The notes beneath the pieces were generated by a model, which was not told the DNA's origin, did not search any database, and saw only the letters and a program-made list of their open reading frames with translations. DNA of 62,478 nt from IMG/VR virus record IMGVR_UViG_2877263951_000003, one strand, 5' to 3'. The position numbers and the translations under genes are program-made. Within the stretch, counting starts at the first letter, position 1; the number at the start of each line of letters is the position of its first letter. Positions 11,168 through 22,048 of this stretch are shown one piece after another. Source of the DNA: a virus. Taxonomy: Duplodnaviria; Heunggongvirae; Uroviricota; Caudoviricetes.

Positions 11168-11575
11168 TTATTTGTTTGAGCTTCTTTTGCGAGCTTTGAG
11201 TAGTTCTTCAAAAAGTTTGTTGAAATTTTCAACTCGAGCACGCATCTCTGACAACAGGGCCTTTTGCTCTGACTCAGGCAGTGCGTCGAACAGTTGAAGT
11301 AACTCTTTTTGATCTTCTGTCAGAATGGCTGGCTGATTATCCGGGATCGGTTCGCCTGGTTGTTTATCTTCATCCCCAAAAAGAAGCCAAGTCGGTGAGC
11401 ACTGAAGCGCTTGGCTCAGTGCGAATAATCTTTTCCCCGCCGGCTGTGTTTCATCTCTTTCCCATTGAGAAATTGTTACGTGAGCCACTTTGACCAGCTT
11501 ACCTAATGCGGCCTGAGACAGTTTTAATTTTTTACGCCTATGTAAGAGGCGAGCACCGAAGGTTTCGTTTTTCAT
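11168..11575 (-). CDS. Prophage repressor, XRE-family HTH (RacR/CI-like, no peptidase domain)
   Basis: HTH segment LSQAALGKLVKVAHVTISQWERDETQP; divergently transcribed from a cro-like gene across a 76-bp region containing palindromes. Confidence 0.7.
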   Translation of the reverse strand: MKNETFGARLLHRRKKLKLSQAALGKLVKVAHVTISQWERDETQPAGKRLFALSQALQCSPTWLLFGDEDKQPGEPIPDNQPAILTEDQKELLQLFDALPESEQKALLSEMRARVENFNKLFEELLKARKRSSNK

Positions 11576-11576
11576 A

Positions 11577-11643
11577 TTAGGGAATTCTAATTTTTCTTGA
11601 CTTAGGTTTCTCTACGGCCTGGTTTCCTTAGGAAAATCTAAGG
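11577..11643. promoter_or_regulatory. Candidate operator/promoter region between repressor and cro-like gene
   Basis: Palindromes ATTAGGGAATTCTAAT (11577..11592) and CCTTAGGAAAATCTAAGG (11626..11643), extra CTTAGG half-site at 11601..11606, -35-like TTGACT at 11596..11601. Confidence 0.4.
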
Positions 11644-11651
11644 AGCTCGAT

Positions 11652-11877
11652 ATGTTGAAAATTGATGCTATAGCGTTTTTTGGCAGCAAAACAAAGCTTG
11701 CCAATGCCGCAGGAGTTAGGCTGGCAAGCATTGCTGCATGGGGGAACTGGTTCCTGAAGGTCGCGCGATGCGCCTGCAAGAGGCATCTGGCGGGGAACTT
11801 CAGTACGACCCCAAAGTTTATGACGAATATCGTAAGGCAAAACGACCTGGGAAGGTGATTCATGAAAATCAGGCATG
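11652..11877 (+). pseudogene. Cro-like (YdaS-family) regulator with a frameshift in a G5 run
   Basis: MLKIDAIAFFGSKTKLANAAGVRLASIAAW then a frame change at GGGGG 11740..11744; the other frame continues ELVPEGRAMRLQEASGGELQYDPKVYDEYRKAKRPGKVIHENQA* with a stop overlapping the next gene's start. Confidence 0.55.
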
Positions 11878-12284
11878 AGCACATCGAATCAGTGCTGTTA
11901 GCCTTGGCAGCCGAAAAAGGGCAGGCGTGGGTCGCTAACGCAATTACTGAAGAATATCTGCGGCAGGGGGGCGGCGAATTGTCTCTGGTACCAGGCAAGG
12001 ACTGGAACAATCAGCAGAATATCTATCACCGTTGGTTGAAAGGTGAAACGAAAGCGCAAAGGGAAAAAATTCAGAAACTGATCCCTGCGGTTCTGGCAAT
12101 TCTTCCGCGTGAGCTGCGTCACCGACTCTGTATCTTCGATACCCTGGAACGCCGTGCATTACTGGCGGCGCAGGAAGCGTTGAGTACGGCAATTGATGCG
12201 CATGATGATGCTGTCCAGGCCGTTTACCGGAAAGCACATTTCAGCGGTGGTGGGTCGCCCGGCGATTCTGTCGTAGTGCATTGA
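11862..12284 (+). CDS. ydaT: YdaT-like protein (Rac prophage toxin homolog)
   Basis: MKIRHEHIESVLLALAAEKGQAWVANAITEEYLRQGGGEL... 140 aa; recalled as near-identical to E. coli K-12 Rac YdaT. Confidence 0.6.
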   Translation: MKIRHEHIESVLLALAAEKGQAWVANAITEEYLRQGGGELSLVPGKDWNNQQNIYHRWLKGETKAQREKIQKLIPAVLAILPRELRHRLCIFDTLERRALLAAQEALSTAIDAHDDAVQAVYRKAHFSGGGSPGDSVVVH

Positions 12285-12361
12285 TTGAAATTAATCGTGC
12301 CGGATTGTTTTGTTCGGTATCAGTTAAATGTAACGCTGCGAGCGTTACAAGGTGAAAACAA

Positions 12362-13145
12362 ATGGCTTCAAACTGGATAAAGCTCGAGGTTATTACGCCG
12401 GATAAGCCGGAAATATTCAGGCTTGCTGAGATTCTGAATATTGATCCAGATGCCGCATTAGGGAAGGTTATTCGCTTCTGGGCATGGGCGGATCAACAAA
12501 TGATAGACGGTAATGCAGATTGTAACGCTCGCGGCGTTACAAAAAGTGCAATAGATCGCATCACTTTTATGTCTGGTTTTGCTGATGCGTTAATTCAGGT
12601 TGGATGGCTGGTCGAAAATGACGGTGGGCTTTCTCTACCTAACTTTGAACGTCATAACGGAAAAAGCTCTAAAAAACGGGCGGTTACAAACGAGCGAGTA
12701 ACAAAAATACGCGAACTGAAACGAAAAGGTAACGCTGCCAGCGTTACACAAACGGATCAAAAAGCGTTACCAGTGGAAGAGGAAGAGGAAGAGGAAGATC
12801 TAAATACTGATCTCCCCCTAAATCCCCCTCGCCAAAAACGAGCGTCTAAAAAATTCGAGCCGGAGGCTATTGAGCTGCCCGATTGGTTGCCGGAAACACT
12901 CTGGCATGAGTGGGTCCGGTTCAGACAGGCATTGCGAAAACCGATTCGAACGGAGCAGGGCGATACGGGAACTGGAAAAATTCCGTCAGCAGGGTTTTAC
13001 ACCTGAGCAGGTGATTCGACACAGCATCGCCAATGAATACCAGGGCCTGTTCGCGCCGAAAGGTGTTCGGCCTGAGACGTTGCTCCGACAGGTTAACACC
13101 GTCTCGTTGCCGGACAGTGCGATCCCGCCAGGCTTCAGGGGGTAA
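12362..13145 (+). pseudogene. YdaU-like replication protein, frameshifted
   Basis: ORF 12362..13006 and overlapping ORF 12870..13145 (..AIRELEKFRQQGFTPEQVIRHSIANEYQGLFAPKG..) are in different frames; together about 261 codons, consistent with one gene split by an indel near 12900..13006. Contains a (GAAGAG)n run encoding EEEEEEE. Confidence 0.5.
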
Positions 13146-13151
13146 CGGACC

Positions 13152-13898
13152 ATGAAAAATATTGCGACAGGCGGCGTTCTGGAACGCATCCGCCGACTGA
13201 CCCCGCAACATGTAACCGCCCCATTCAGAACGGTAGCGGAGTGGCGCGAGTGGCAACTTGCTGAAGGCCAGAAACGTAGCGAGGAGATCAACCGCCTGAA
13301 TCGCCAGTTGCGGGTGGAAAAAATTCTGAATCGCTCAGGCATCCAGCCGTTGCACCGTAAATGCTCGTTTGCGAATTACCAGGTGCAGAACGACGGCCAG
13401 CGATACGCGTTAAGCCAGGCGAAATCCATCGCCGATGAACTGATGACCGGGTGTACAAATTTTGCGTTCAGCGGAAAACCTGATACCGGGTAGAATCACT
13501 TAGCGGCAGCTATCGGGAACCGCCTGCTGAAAGACGGTCAGACAGTGATTGTGGTTACCGTGGCTGATGTTATGAGCGCCCTGCACGCCAGCTATGACGA
13601 CGGGCAGTCAGGCGAAAAATTTTTGCGGGAGCTGTGCGAAGTGGATCTGCTGGTTCTTGATGAAATTGGCATTCAGCGCGAGACGAAAAACGAGCAGGTG
13701 GTGCTGCACCAGATTGTTGATCGCCGGACAGCGTCGATGCGCAGCGTGGGGATGCTGACAAACCTGAACTATGAGGTGATGAAAACATTGCTCGGCGAGC
13801 GGGTGATGGATCGCATGGTCATGAAAGGCGGGCGCTGGGTTAATTTTAACTGGGAGAGCTGGCGTCCGAATGTTAGCCATTCGAGGGTTGTTAAGTAG
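13152..13898 (+). pseudogene. YdaV-like DnaC/IstB-family ATPase with an amber codon in the Walker A motif
   Basis: ...FSGKPDTG-TAG-NHLAAAIGNRLLKDGQTVIVVTVADV...LLVLDEIGIQRE...; TAG at 13491..13493 where a Lys codon (GKPGTGK) is expected; downstream frame intact to 13898. Confidence 0.7.
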
Positions 13899-13912
13899 TT
13901 TCAGGAGGATTT

Positions 13913-14335
13913 ATGGCGAAACCTTTTACTCCCGAACAGCGGGAAGAACTGAAGACGCGAATTGTGGAACTCGTGCATCAGGACGGTCGGGTCACGATTC
14001 GGCAGTTGTCCGATGAAACAGGTATCAGTCGTGCGTCTGTCGGTCGCTTATGCATAGAACTGGTCGCAAGTGGTGATGTATATAATTCTGGCTACGGCTT
14101 ATTCCCGTCTGAACAGGCTCGCAAGGACTGGCAAAGCGCCCGCAAAAAACTCTCGAGAGTAAAGGTGAGGAAACCGGTTGTTGTTGATCCGGACCTTATC
14201 TGGTCATTACCTGACGGAGAAATACGCCGCTACGACAGGCGCCTGAATATAATCTGTCGCGAGTGCCGGAAGAGCGAAGCTATGCAGCGTGTACTGGCTT
14301 TCTATCAGGGTAATTTTCAGGAGGCGATACTGTGA
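13913..14335 (+). CDS. Hypothetical phage protein with putative winged-helix region
   Basis: ORF with RBS GGAGG upstream; motif VTIRQLSDETGISRASVGRLC. Confidence 0.45.
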   Translation: MAKPFTPEQREELKTRIVELVHQDGRVTIRQLSDETGISRASVGRLCIELVASGDVYNSGYGLFPSEQARKDWQSARKKLSRVKVRKPVVVDPDLIWSLPDGEIRRYDRRLNIICRECRKSEAMQRVLAFYQGNFQEAIL

Positions 14336-14392
14336 ATGAAATTAGCTATCAGGCTTCAATTACCGCTGGCATTCGCATCAAAGGAGAGGAGC

Positions 14393-14749
14393 ATGGAAAT
14401 AAAACCAGAAGATGAGTTAAGCAATATCGTTTTATTTCCGATAAAAGAGGATGACCCTCGTAATCAGGTTAATTTTCTTTATAAGCCATCGGAAAGACCA
14501 TATTGCCATCACGCCTCTGTACGGGTTGACGAAAAAGAGCGTCAGGTCCGCTGTAAAATCTGCGGTGCGGTTGTGGAGCCGTTTGACTGGATGCTCTCTG
14601 TGGCAAAAAGAGAAACCAGACTGGCAGATGATGTAAGGCTATTGCGCCAGGAGGAACAGGAAAGGCGGAGAAATATAGAAAAGCTGATACAGATTGAGCG
14701 TAACGCGAAAGCGCGGATACGCAGGGCGACAAAATCCAGAACTGAATAA
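14393..14749 (+). CDS. Hypothetical phage protein with CxxC pair
   Basis: MEIKPEDELSNIVLFPIKEDD...CHHASVRVDEKERQVRCKICGAV..; RBS GGAGAGGAGC upstream of the internal ATG at 14393. Confidence 0.4.
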   Translation: MEIKPEDELSNIVLFPIKEDDPRNQVNFLYKPSERPYCHHASVRVDEKERQVRCKICGAVVEPFDWMLSVAKRETRLADDVRLLRQEEQERRRNIEKLIQIERNAKARIRRATKSRTE

Positions 14750-14896
14750 TTAAATTTAGCACTGTTAAAAATTTAATCCTTAACCGGAGGGATTTCTGCA
14801 CCCTCAAATCATCAGGAGACCGCCCGAAAGGGCGGGGAGCAGTCACACATCTGTTTCCGATAGCCCCGTTCTAATGCTACACTCTTTGATATTTTT

Positions 14897-15583
14897 ATGA
14901 CCTCAATAAACATATTTATGACAGTTGCTGATTTCAAACGGCCCAAATTGGAGCTCCCAAACGGGGCAAACAAACTACTACTGCACTCTTGCTGTGCTCC
15001 ATGTTCCGGTGAGGTGATGGAGGCGCTTCAGGCCTCGGGAATCGACTACACCATCTTTTTCTACAACCCGAACATTCATCCTCAGAAAGAGTATTTAATT
15101 CGTAAGGATGAGAATATTCGCTTTGCTGAACAACACGGCGTGCCGTTTATTGATGCTGATTACGACACAGACAACTGGTTTGAACGAGCCAAAGGAATGG
15201 AATGGGAGCCCGAACGAGGGATCCGTTGCACCATGTGTTTTGACATGCGTTTTGAGCGGACAGCGCTGTACGCCGCTGAAAATGGTTTCAGTGTGATCAG
15301 CAGTTCACTGGGCATTTCACGCTGGAAAAATATGCAGCAGGTTAACGACTGTGGGCGGCGAGCCGTCGCGCATTATCCGGGCATGGTGTACTGGGATTAT
15401 AACTGGCGCAAGCAGGGCGGCTCGTCCCGTATGATTGAAATCAGCAAGCGCGAAAAATTCTATCAGCAGGAATATTGTGGCTGTGTGTATTCTCTGCGCG
15501 ATACCAATCTACACCGCAAATCTCAGGGACGCCCTCTTATCAAAATTGGTCAACTCCACTACGGTAAAGAAGAGAAGGAGTGA
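14897..15583 (+). CDS. QueH-like (DUF208) putative epoxyqueuosine reductase
   Basis: Motif [14 protein letters not shown] plus further conserved Cys (RCTMCFD, YCGCVY), which I recall as the Fe-S ligand pattern of QueH/DUF208; start uncertain (14897 or 14918). Confidence 0.5.
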   Translation: MTSINIFMTVADFKRPKLELPNGANKLLLHSCCAPCSGEVMEALQASGIDYTIFFYNPNIHPQKEYLIRKDENIRFAEQHGVPFIDADYDTDNWFERAKGMEWEPERGIRCTMCFDMRFERTALYAAENGFSVISSSLGISRWKNMQQVNDCGRRAVAHYPGMVYWDYNWRKQGGSSRMIEISKREKFYQQEYCGCVYSLRDTNLHRKSQGRPLIKIGQLHYGKEEKE

Positions 15584-15810
15584 TTTTATGGGGCACCTTT
15601 CTGATTGATTTCATATTGGCGAGGTAAGTAGAATGACTGCGGGTGCTTGAGGCTATCTGCTTCAGGCATGAACACCAAAAGGCAGATAGAGAAAAGCCCC
15701 AGTTAACATTACGCGTCCGGCAAGACGCTTAACATTAATCTGAGGCCAATTTCATGCTTTGCACATGTAGGTTAGCCTCTTACATGCCGAAAGGCAAGGA
15801 GAAGCAGGCT

Positions 15811-15966
15811 ATGAAGCAGCAAAAGGCGATGTTAATCGCCCTGATCGTCATCTGTTTAACCGTCATAGTGACGGCACTGGTAACGAGGAAAGACCTCTGT
15901 GAGGTACGAATCCGAACCGGCCAGACGGAGGTCGCTGTCTTCGTAGACTACGAATCCAGGAAGTAA
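15811..15966 (+). CDS. Hok/Gef-family membrane toxin (type I toxin)
   Basis: MKQQKAMLIALIVICLTVIVTALVTRKDLCEVRIRTGQTEVAVFVDYESRK; overlapping upstream mok-like leader frame from 15754; stem-loop-rich leader. Confidence 0.75.
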   Translation: MKQQKAMLIALIVICLTVIVTALVTRKDLCEVRIRTGQTEVAVFVDYESRK

Positions 15967-16043
15967 GAGTGACCGGGTGGGGAGCTGATCCCATCCCCGC
16001 CCACCTCTGATGTGTCAGGCATCCTCAACGCACCCGCACTTAA

Positions 16044-16089
16044 CCCGCCCATCGCTGTGATCTCTCAGCGTTTCGGCGGGTTTTTTGTT
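16044..16089 (+). terminator. Rho-independent terminator downstream of hok
   Basis: CCCGCC ... GGCGGG stem followed by TTTTTTGTTGTTT. Confidence 0.55.
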
Positions 16090-16215
16090 GTTTATTTCCG
16101 GTGAATTTGATTCGCGCACCTTCGCAGATAGAATCGACTCACTTAAGTAGCGCGCAGGGAGAAGAGGGATGGACCCCGAACAGGGGAGAGCTATTTATCT
16201 GGAAGGATTCTGAAG

Positions 16216-16503
16216 ATGAAAATCGAAGAATTGCGTGAAATTTTTAGTGAAAATGGCCTCTATGCTGTGCGCGTTGAGAATGGAGCGATTGTCAGCCATT
16301 GCCGCATTAGATGTTTGCAATCTCAACAAAGGAAGAGCGGTGCTGTGTTATTTTATTTTTGTAATGGACTTCTGACGGACGGTTTTATTTTGCGTGAGGA
16401 CGAATTTGTCACATCATTACGGGTTTTGAAAAAGATTGGTTTTAAGGCTGGTTTTCTGCTTTTGCTGAAGAATAAACTCATCTACAATCTTGAGCAGGAT
16501 TGA
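16216..16503 (+). CDS. Hypothetical protein (95 aa)
   Basis: ORF only, moderate RBS. Confidence 0.3.
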   Translation: MKIEELREIFSENGLYAVRVENGAIVSHCRIRCLQSQQRKSGAVLFYFCNGLLTDGFILREDEFVTSLRVLKKIGFKAGFLLLLKNKLIYNLEQD

Positions 16504-16953
16504 ACTCCTGCTGTGTAACACCGTGCCACCGGAGAAAGCCGATGGCACATATACAACTGGTCAAACAAACCTCTTCCGGATTACTTCTCCCGGCGACGCC
16601 GGAGAGTTGCGATTTTCTGCATCAAATCAAAATAGGTGAGTGGATACACGCAGACTTTAAGCGTGTGCGTAACTACGCATTCCACAAGCGTTTTTTCAAA
16701 CTCCTGCAACTGGGTTTCGATTACTGGACTCCGGTCGGTGGGGCGATCACGCCTCGCGAACGAAAACTGGTGTCCGGTTTCGTTGATTACCTGTGTGAAT
16801 CAGTAGGCCGGGAACATACGCCAGCTCTGAGCGAAGCCGCAGAGCAATATCTGAATACAGTTGCGACACGCAGAACCCGTGATACGGCATTGCTAAAGTC
16901 GTTTGAGGCTTGAGGTGTACTGGCAATAGCGGACACTACCATTTGTTCTTTTT

Positions 16954-17745
16954 TTAAGCAGTCATCTGATGATATTTTTCCCTGAAGGCTGCCGGGGAGA
17001 TATTCCCCAGACGAGAGTGACGACGCTGACGATTGTAGAAAATCTCAATGTATTCCCGTATTACTGAGATGGCTTCATCCCGGTTATTAAAACGATAGTG
17101 GCTCAGGCTCTCATTTTTCAGCGTTCCCCAGAAGCTTTCCATCGGAGCGTTGTCGTAACAGTTACCTTTACGCGACATTGATGTTTTCAGACCAGACTGC
17201 TCCTGTATGACCCGGTAATCGTATGCGCAGTACTGTGAACCTCGATCAGAGTGGTGGATTAGCCCGGCAGGTGGGCGCTGGCTCCTGAGCGCCATAAACA
17301 GGGCTTTACCTGTCAGCTCTTTTGTCATGCGCTCTCCCATGGCGTAGCCGACAATTTCGCACGTATAAACATCTTTGATGCCAGCAACATACGTCAGGTC
17401 CGCCACCCAGACCTGATTTGGTGCTGTAGGAGCGAACGTCTGGTTCAGCAGATTTGGCGCAACTGGCAGATTGTGGTTCGGGTTCGTAGTCGCTCTGAAC
17501 TTGCGTTTCTGCTTACAGCGTAGCCTCAGCTCCTTACGAAGACGTGCCAGTCGGTCACGACCAACGATGATGCCATTCTCTGCCAGCTCCGTCTGGAGCC
17601 GCCGGGTTCCATATGTTTCGCGAGTGCGGATATGTGCCACCTTAATCTCCAGTTTTAGCCGCTCATCACTTTGTTTTCTGTCTGAGGGTTCATGCTGTAC
17701 CCAGTTGTAATAACCGCTCCTGGATACACCAAATACCTGACACAT
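16954..17745 (-). CDS. IS600 orfB with 9-codon in-frame deletion (probably inactive)
   Basis: 263 aa; LTYVAGIKD in place of LTYVATQEGWLYLAGIKD, i.e. loss of residues just after the first catalytic Asp. Confidence 0.8.
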   Translation of the reverse strand: MCQVFGVSRSGYYNWVQHEPSDRKQSDERLKLEIKVAHIRTRETYGTRRLQTELAENGIIVGRDRLARLRKELRLRCKQKRKFRATTNPNHNLPVAPNLLNQTFAPTAPNQVWVADLTYVAGIKDVYTCEIVGYAMGERMTKELTGKALFMALRSQRPPAGLIHHSDRGSQYCAYDYRVIQEQSGLKTSMSRKGNCYDNAPMESFWGTLKNESLSHYRFNNRDEAISVIREYIEIFYNRQRRHSRLGNISPAAFREKYHQMTA

Positions 17746-17780
17746 CGCTTCAATGGGAAATTGTTGTCGCCATTGTTCGA

Positions 17781-18083
17781 TTAACGCGTATTTTTCAGCG
17801 ACTCCTGTGCAAAATACGCTGTTGCTTTTTTTAATATATCTCGCTCAAGGCGAGCTTCATTTAACGCCTTACGCAGTTGCAGAATTTCAGATTCCAGTTC
17901 AGCCACCGTGCGGGAACCAGGAGTACCGAGCCCTTTTCTGGCGGCGGTAACCCATTGTCCTAAAGTGCCTTCAGGAAGGGATAATCGGGAAGCGCCTTCA
18001 CTGATCGAAAGTTGATTTTCAAGAACCGTTCTGACAGCTTCGGCTTTGAACTCTTTAGAGTAACGTTGGGTTTTTCTGCTCAT
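17781..18083 (-). CDS. IS600 OrfA (copy C)
   Basis: Identical to the other intact orfA copies. Confidence 0.85.
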   Translation of the reverse strand: MSRKTQRYSKEFKAEAVRTVLENQLSISEGASRLSLPEGTLGQWVTAARKGLGTPGSRTVAELESEILQLRKALNEARLERDILKKATAYFAQESLKNTR

Positions 18084-18380
18084 TATTAGCTCCTTCTGAT
18101 GCCATTCTATTTCAGGAAGGAGTGTCCGTTAAACTCAGGCTACCTCAGCTTTCCGCGAGTGGGTAGCCATTCAGGCCGGATTTTACACCGAGCATTTTTA
18201 TCCGGACGGTAGCCGTGGGTGTCGGGCGAAATCTATCGCGTTTGCGAATATGGACGAAACCGAGTTTCAGCAGGTTTATAAATCTGTACTGAATGTGCTG
18301 TGGAACTGGATTCTGTTCCGTAAATTTTCCTCTCCGGAACAAGTCGAAAATGTGGCCGCGCAGCTGCTGGAGTTTGCGTA

Positions 18381-18671
18381 ATGGTGGATTTACTTAAAGC
18401 GGCGCGGGGGCAGATGTGCACCGTCAGAATTCCTGGCTACTGCAATCACGATCCGGAAACGTCTGTGCTGGCGCATTACCGACTGGCGGGAACGTGCGGA
18501 ACAGCGATAAAGCCACACGATATGCAGGCAGCGATTGCCTGTAGCTCGTGCCACGATTTAATCGACGGGCGGGTAAAAACCAGCGATTACACCAAAGAAG
18601 AATTACGCCTGATGCATGCAGAAGGTGTTTTTCGCACACAAGAAATCTGGAGAAAGGAGGGATATTTATGA
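18381..18671 (+). CDS. YbcO-like nin-region protein (DUF1364-type, putative nuclease)
   Basis: MVDLLKAARGQMCTVRIPGYCNHDPETSVLAHYRLAGTCGTAIKPHDMQAAIACSSCHDLIDGR; Cys/His pattern as I recall for DLP12 YbcO. Confidence 0.55.
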   Translation: MVDLLKAARGQMCTVRIPGYCNHDPETSVLAHYRLAGTCGTAIKPHDMQAAIACSSCHDLIDGRVKTSDYTKEELRLMHAEGVFRTQEIWRKEGYL

Positions 18672-18782
18672 TTTACCCAACGAATACAGGAAAAAGCGGA
18701 GAACACCTTCGTCTCACCACGCTGGAAAGTGTCTGGATTCAGGGAAAACTACGTATGTGGGGGCGCTGGTCGTATATTGGTG
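18668..18782 (+). pseudogene. N-terminal 38 codons of a gene truncated by IS911 copy 2
   Basis: MIYPTNTGKSGEHLRLTTLESVWIQGKLRMWGRWSYIG then IS911 end; no matching continuation after the IS. Confidence 0.3.
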
Positions 18783-18854
18783 TGAAGTGGCACACTGAAT
18801 TTGGCCACCTGAACAGAGGTGATATGCTCACCTCAGAACAACACAGGTGCTCCA

Positions 18855-20023
<1,169 letters not shown>

Positions 20024-20032
20024 CCACTTCAC

Positions 20033-21115
20033 AATGGGGTTGTTCAACTGGTTAACTCACTCGGCGGGTCATGCCGGACGCGAGTTAAAACTGGCGTGAC
20101 ATACACATACAAGGACGATAAGCGGCATGGGATGGATTCATACGAGGCAAGAATCAGACTGACAAGAGAAATCAGGGAGGCCATCCGTTCACCACGACTC
20201 AATGGCAGATTAACTGCGCATCGATTCGAGGGCTGTGGGGTATTCGTCAGGAATGTTGAAAAAATCGGCAATGCAGAATGCTTGTGTATTATGGTCGATC
20301 ACCCTCGCCACCTGTATGTAACCAGGGGATATGTGGCGACGCATAACACCGAGGTTGTCGGGCATATGGCACTTGAGGCAATGCGTCAGGGTGTGAAGAC
20401 GTGCATCGCGTCACTTGAGCTGAAGCCTGGTATTCTCCTTAAGCGACTTACCCGTCAGGCAACGTGCTGCAAGATGCCGCCAGTGCTGGAAATTGACTCT
20501 GCATTTAAATTTTATGACGAAAGACTTTGGGTGTTTGGCCTGACTGGAACGGCGAAAGCCGACAGGCTGATCGAAATATTCGACTACGCTCGCCGCCGAT
20601 ACGGGATCCAGTTATTCATCATCGACAGCCTGATGAAATGTGGCATAGGCGACGATGACTATAACGGGCAGAAGGCGTTTGTTGACTCGATTTGCGACTT
20701 CAAAAACAAAACAAACTCCCACGTCATTCTCGTTACTCACTCGCGAAAAGGAGACAGCGAAGAAAAACCAACCGGGAAAATGGACGTAAAAGGCTCTGGA
20801 GCGATAACAGGCCTGACAGACAAACTTTTCATCATCTGGCGTAACAAGGCTCGCGAGAGAGCGTTACAGAGAGTTCAGAGTGGTGAAAAGATGTCAGAGA
20901 AGGACGAACAGCTACTGGCATCTCCGGCATCTGTTTTGATGCTTGAAAAACAACGTAACGGCGAAGGTTGGGAAGGTGGTGTTCCGTTGTTCCTTGACGA
21001 GCAATCGCACCAGTTCCTGCAACTTGAATCAGGATCGCCATATAGCTACATCGCCAATATGCCGAAATCGGAATATGACGAGGCGTGGCGACAGGAAAAC
21101 GTGACGGAGTATTAA
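20033..21115 (+). pseudogene. RecA-fold ATPase, DnaB/RepA-like helicase C-terminal region, N-terminus probably removed at the IS911 junction
   Basis: Frame is open from the IS end; Walker B-like LFIIDSLMK and ILVTHSRKG, GSGAITGLTDKLFIIWRN; no recognisable Walker A. Confidence 0.35.
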
Positions 21116-21174
21116 ATGACCATCTACATCACTGAGCTAATAGCAGGCCTGCTGGTAATCGCAGGCCTTTTTAT

Positions 21175-21468
21175 TTGGGGGAGAGGGAAGTGAACGATAG
21201 CTACCGACAGTTTGAAAACTGGTGGTCAAAAGACAAAAGCCAGTTCACAGGAGACGATGAATTAAAAGAGTTTGCTTGGGTGATATGGCAGGCATCGCGA
21301 GCAGCTATTGAACTGGATATCGACTGGCCCGAATCGAATGACGACTTTTGGAAAGATGGTGAAGAAGGTGCTTATGCGATGGGGCATGAGGATGGGAAGG
21401 ACAAAACGGTAATTGCAGTAATGAAAGCTATCAGAGCCGCTGGAATTAAAGAGAAGAATTTTCGATGA
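21175..21468 (+). CDS. Hypothetical acidic protein (97 aa)
   Basis: ORF preceded by GGGGGAGAGGG; no family recognised. Confidence 0.35.
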   Translation: MGEREVNDSYRQFENWWSKDKSQFTGDDELKEFAWVIWQASRAAIELDIDWPESNDDFWKDGEEGAYAMGHEDGKDKTVIAVMKAIRAAGIKEKNFR

Positions 21469-21875
21469 AGCAAACAATCTTCCTCCGAACTAAGCAACAA
21501 CAGCAAGCCGCAATAAATGCCATCCTCTCAACTCCTCTCGATAAAGACAAGCCAGTCACCATCCGCATTACTGACTACAAGCGAAATCTTGACCAGAACG
21601 CAAAATTTCACGCGATGCTGGCGGATATCGCTCGTCAGGTTCAATGGTGCGGCAAATGGTTAAAACCAGAACAATGGAAGGTTTTGTTGATCAGCGGTCA
21701 TGCAGTGGCAACAAAACAGGAAGCTGATGTTTTGCCCGGCCTTGAAGGAGAATGCGTCAACATTCGCGAAAGCAGCGCGCAGATGAGCGTGAAGCGCATG
21801 GCAAGTCTGATCGAGTACACAACAGCCTGGGCTATTGGTCAGGGTGTCAGATTTACCGACAGGAGGTATGAATGA
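21465..21875 (+). CDS. ninB: NinB-like recombination protein
   Basis: ...[52 protein letters not shown]... resembles lambda NinB as recalled; stop overlaps the ninE start. Confidence 0.65.
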   Translation: MKQTIFLRTKQQQQAAINAILSTPLDKDKPVTIRITDYKRNLDQNAKFHAMLADIARQVQWCGKWLKPEQWKVLLISGHAVATKQEADVLPGLEGECVNIRESSAQMSVKRMASLIEYTTAWAIGQGVRFTDRRYE

Positions 21876-22048
21876 GGCGACATCGACGAAGTTTCACCGA
21901 CATCATCTGCGAAAACTGCAAATACCTTCCAACGAAACGCTCCAGAAATAAACGCAAGCCAATCCCAAAAGAATCTGACGTAAAAACCTTCAACTACACG
22001 GCTCACCTGTGGGATATCCGGTGGCTAAGACATCGTGCGAGGAAATGA
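21872..22048 (+). CDS. ninE: NinE (58 aa, below the ORF-track length cut-off)
   Basis: Translates [58 protein letters not shown], matching lambda NinE as recalled. Confidence 0.65.
   Translation: MRRHRRSFTDIICENCKYLPTKRSRNKRKPIPKESDVKTFNYTAHLWDIRWLRHRARK

Larger units (their letters stand above)
16911..18147 (-). mobile_element. IS600 copy C, 1237 bp (27-bp deletion), TSD GCT
   Basis: Canonical IS600 ends; GCT at 16908..16910 and 18148..18150; same 27-bp orfB deletion as copy B. Confidence 0.9.
16542..18380 (+). pseudogene. Phage nin-region protein (about 200 aa) interrupted by IS600 copy C
   Basis: MAHIQLVKQTSSG...TRDTALLKSFEA (16542..16910) resumes in frame after the IS as FREWVAIQAGFYTEHFYPDGSRGCRAKSIAFANMDETEF...QLLEFA*; 3-bp duplication GCT on both sides. 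Confidence 0.55.
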
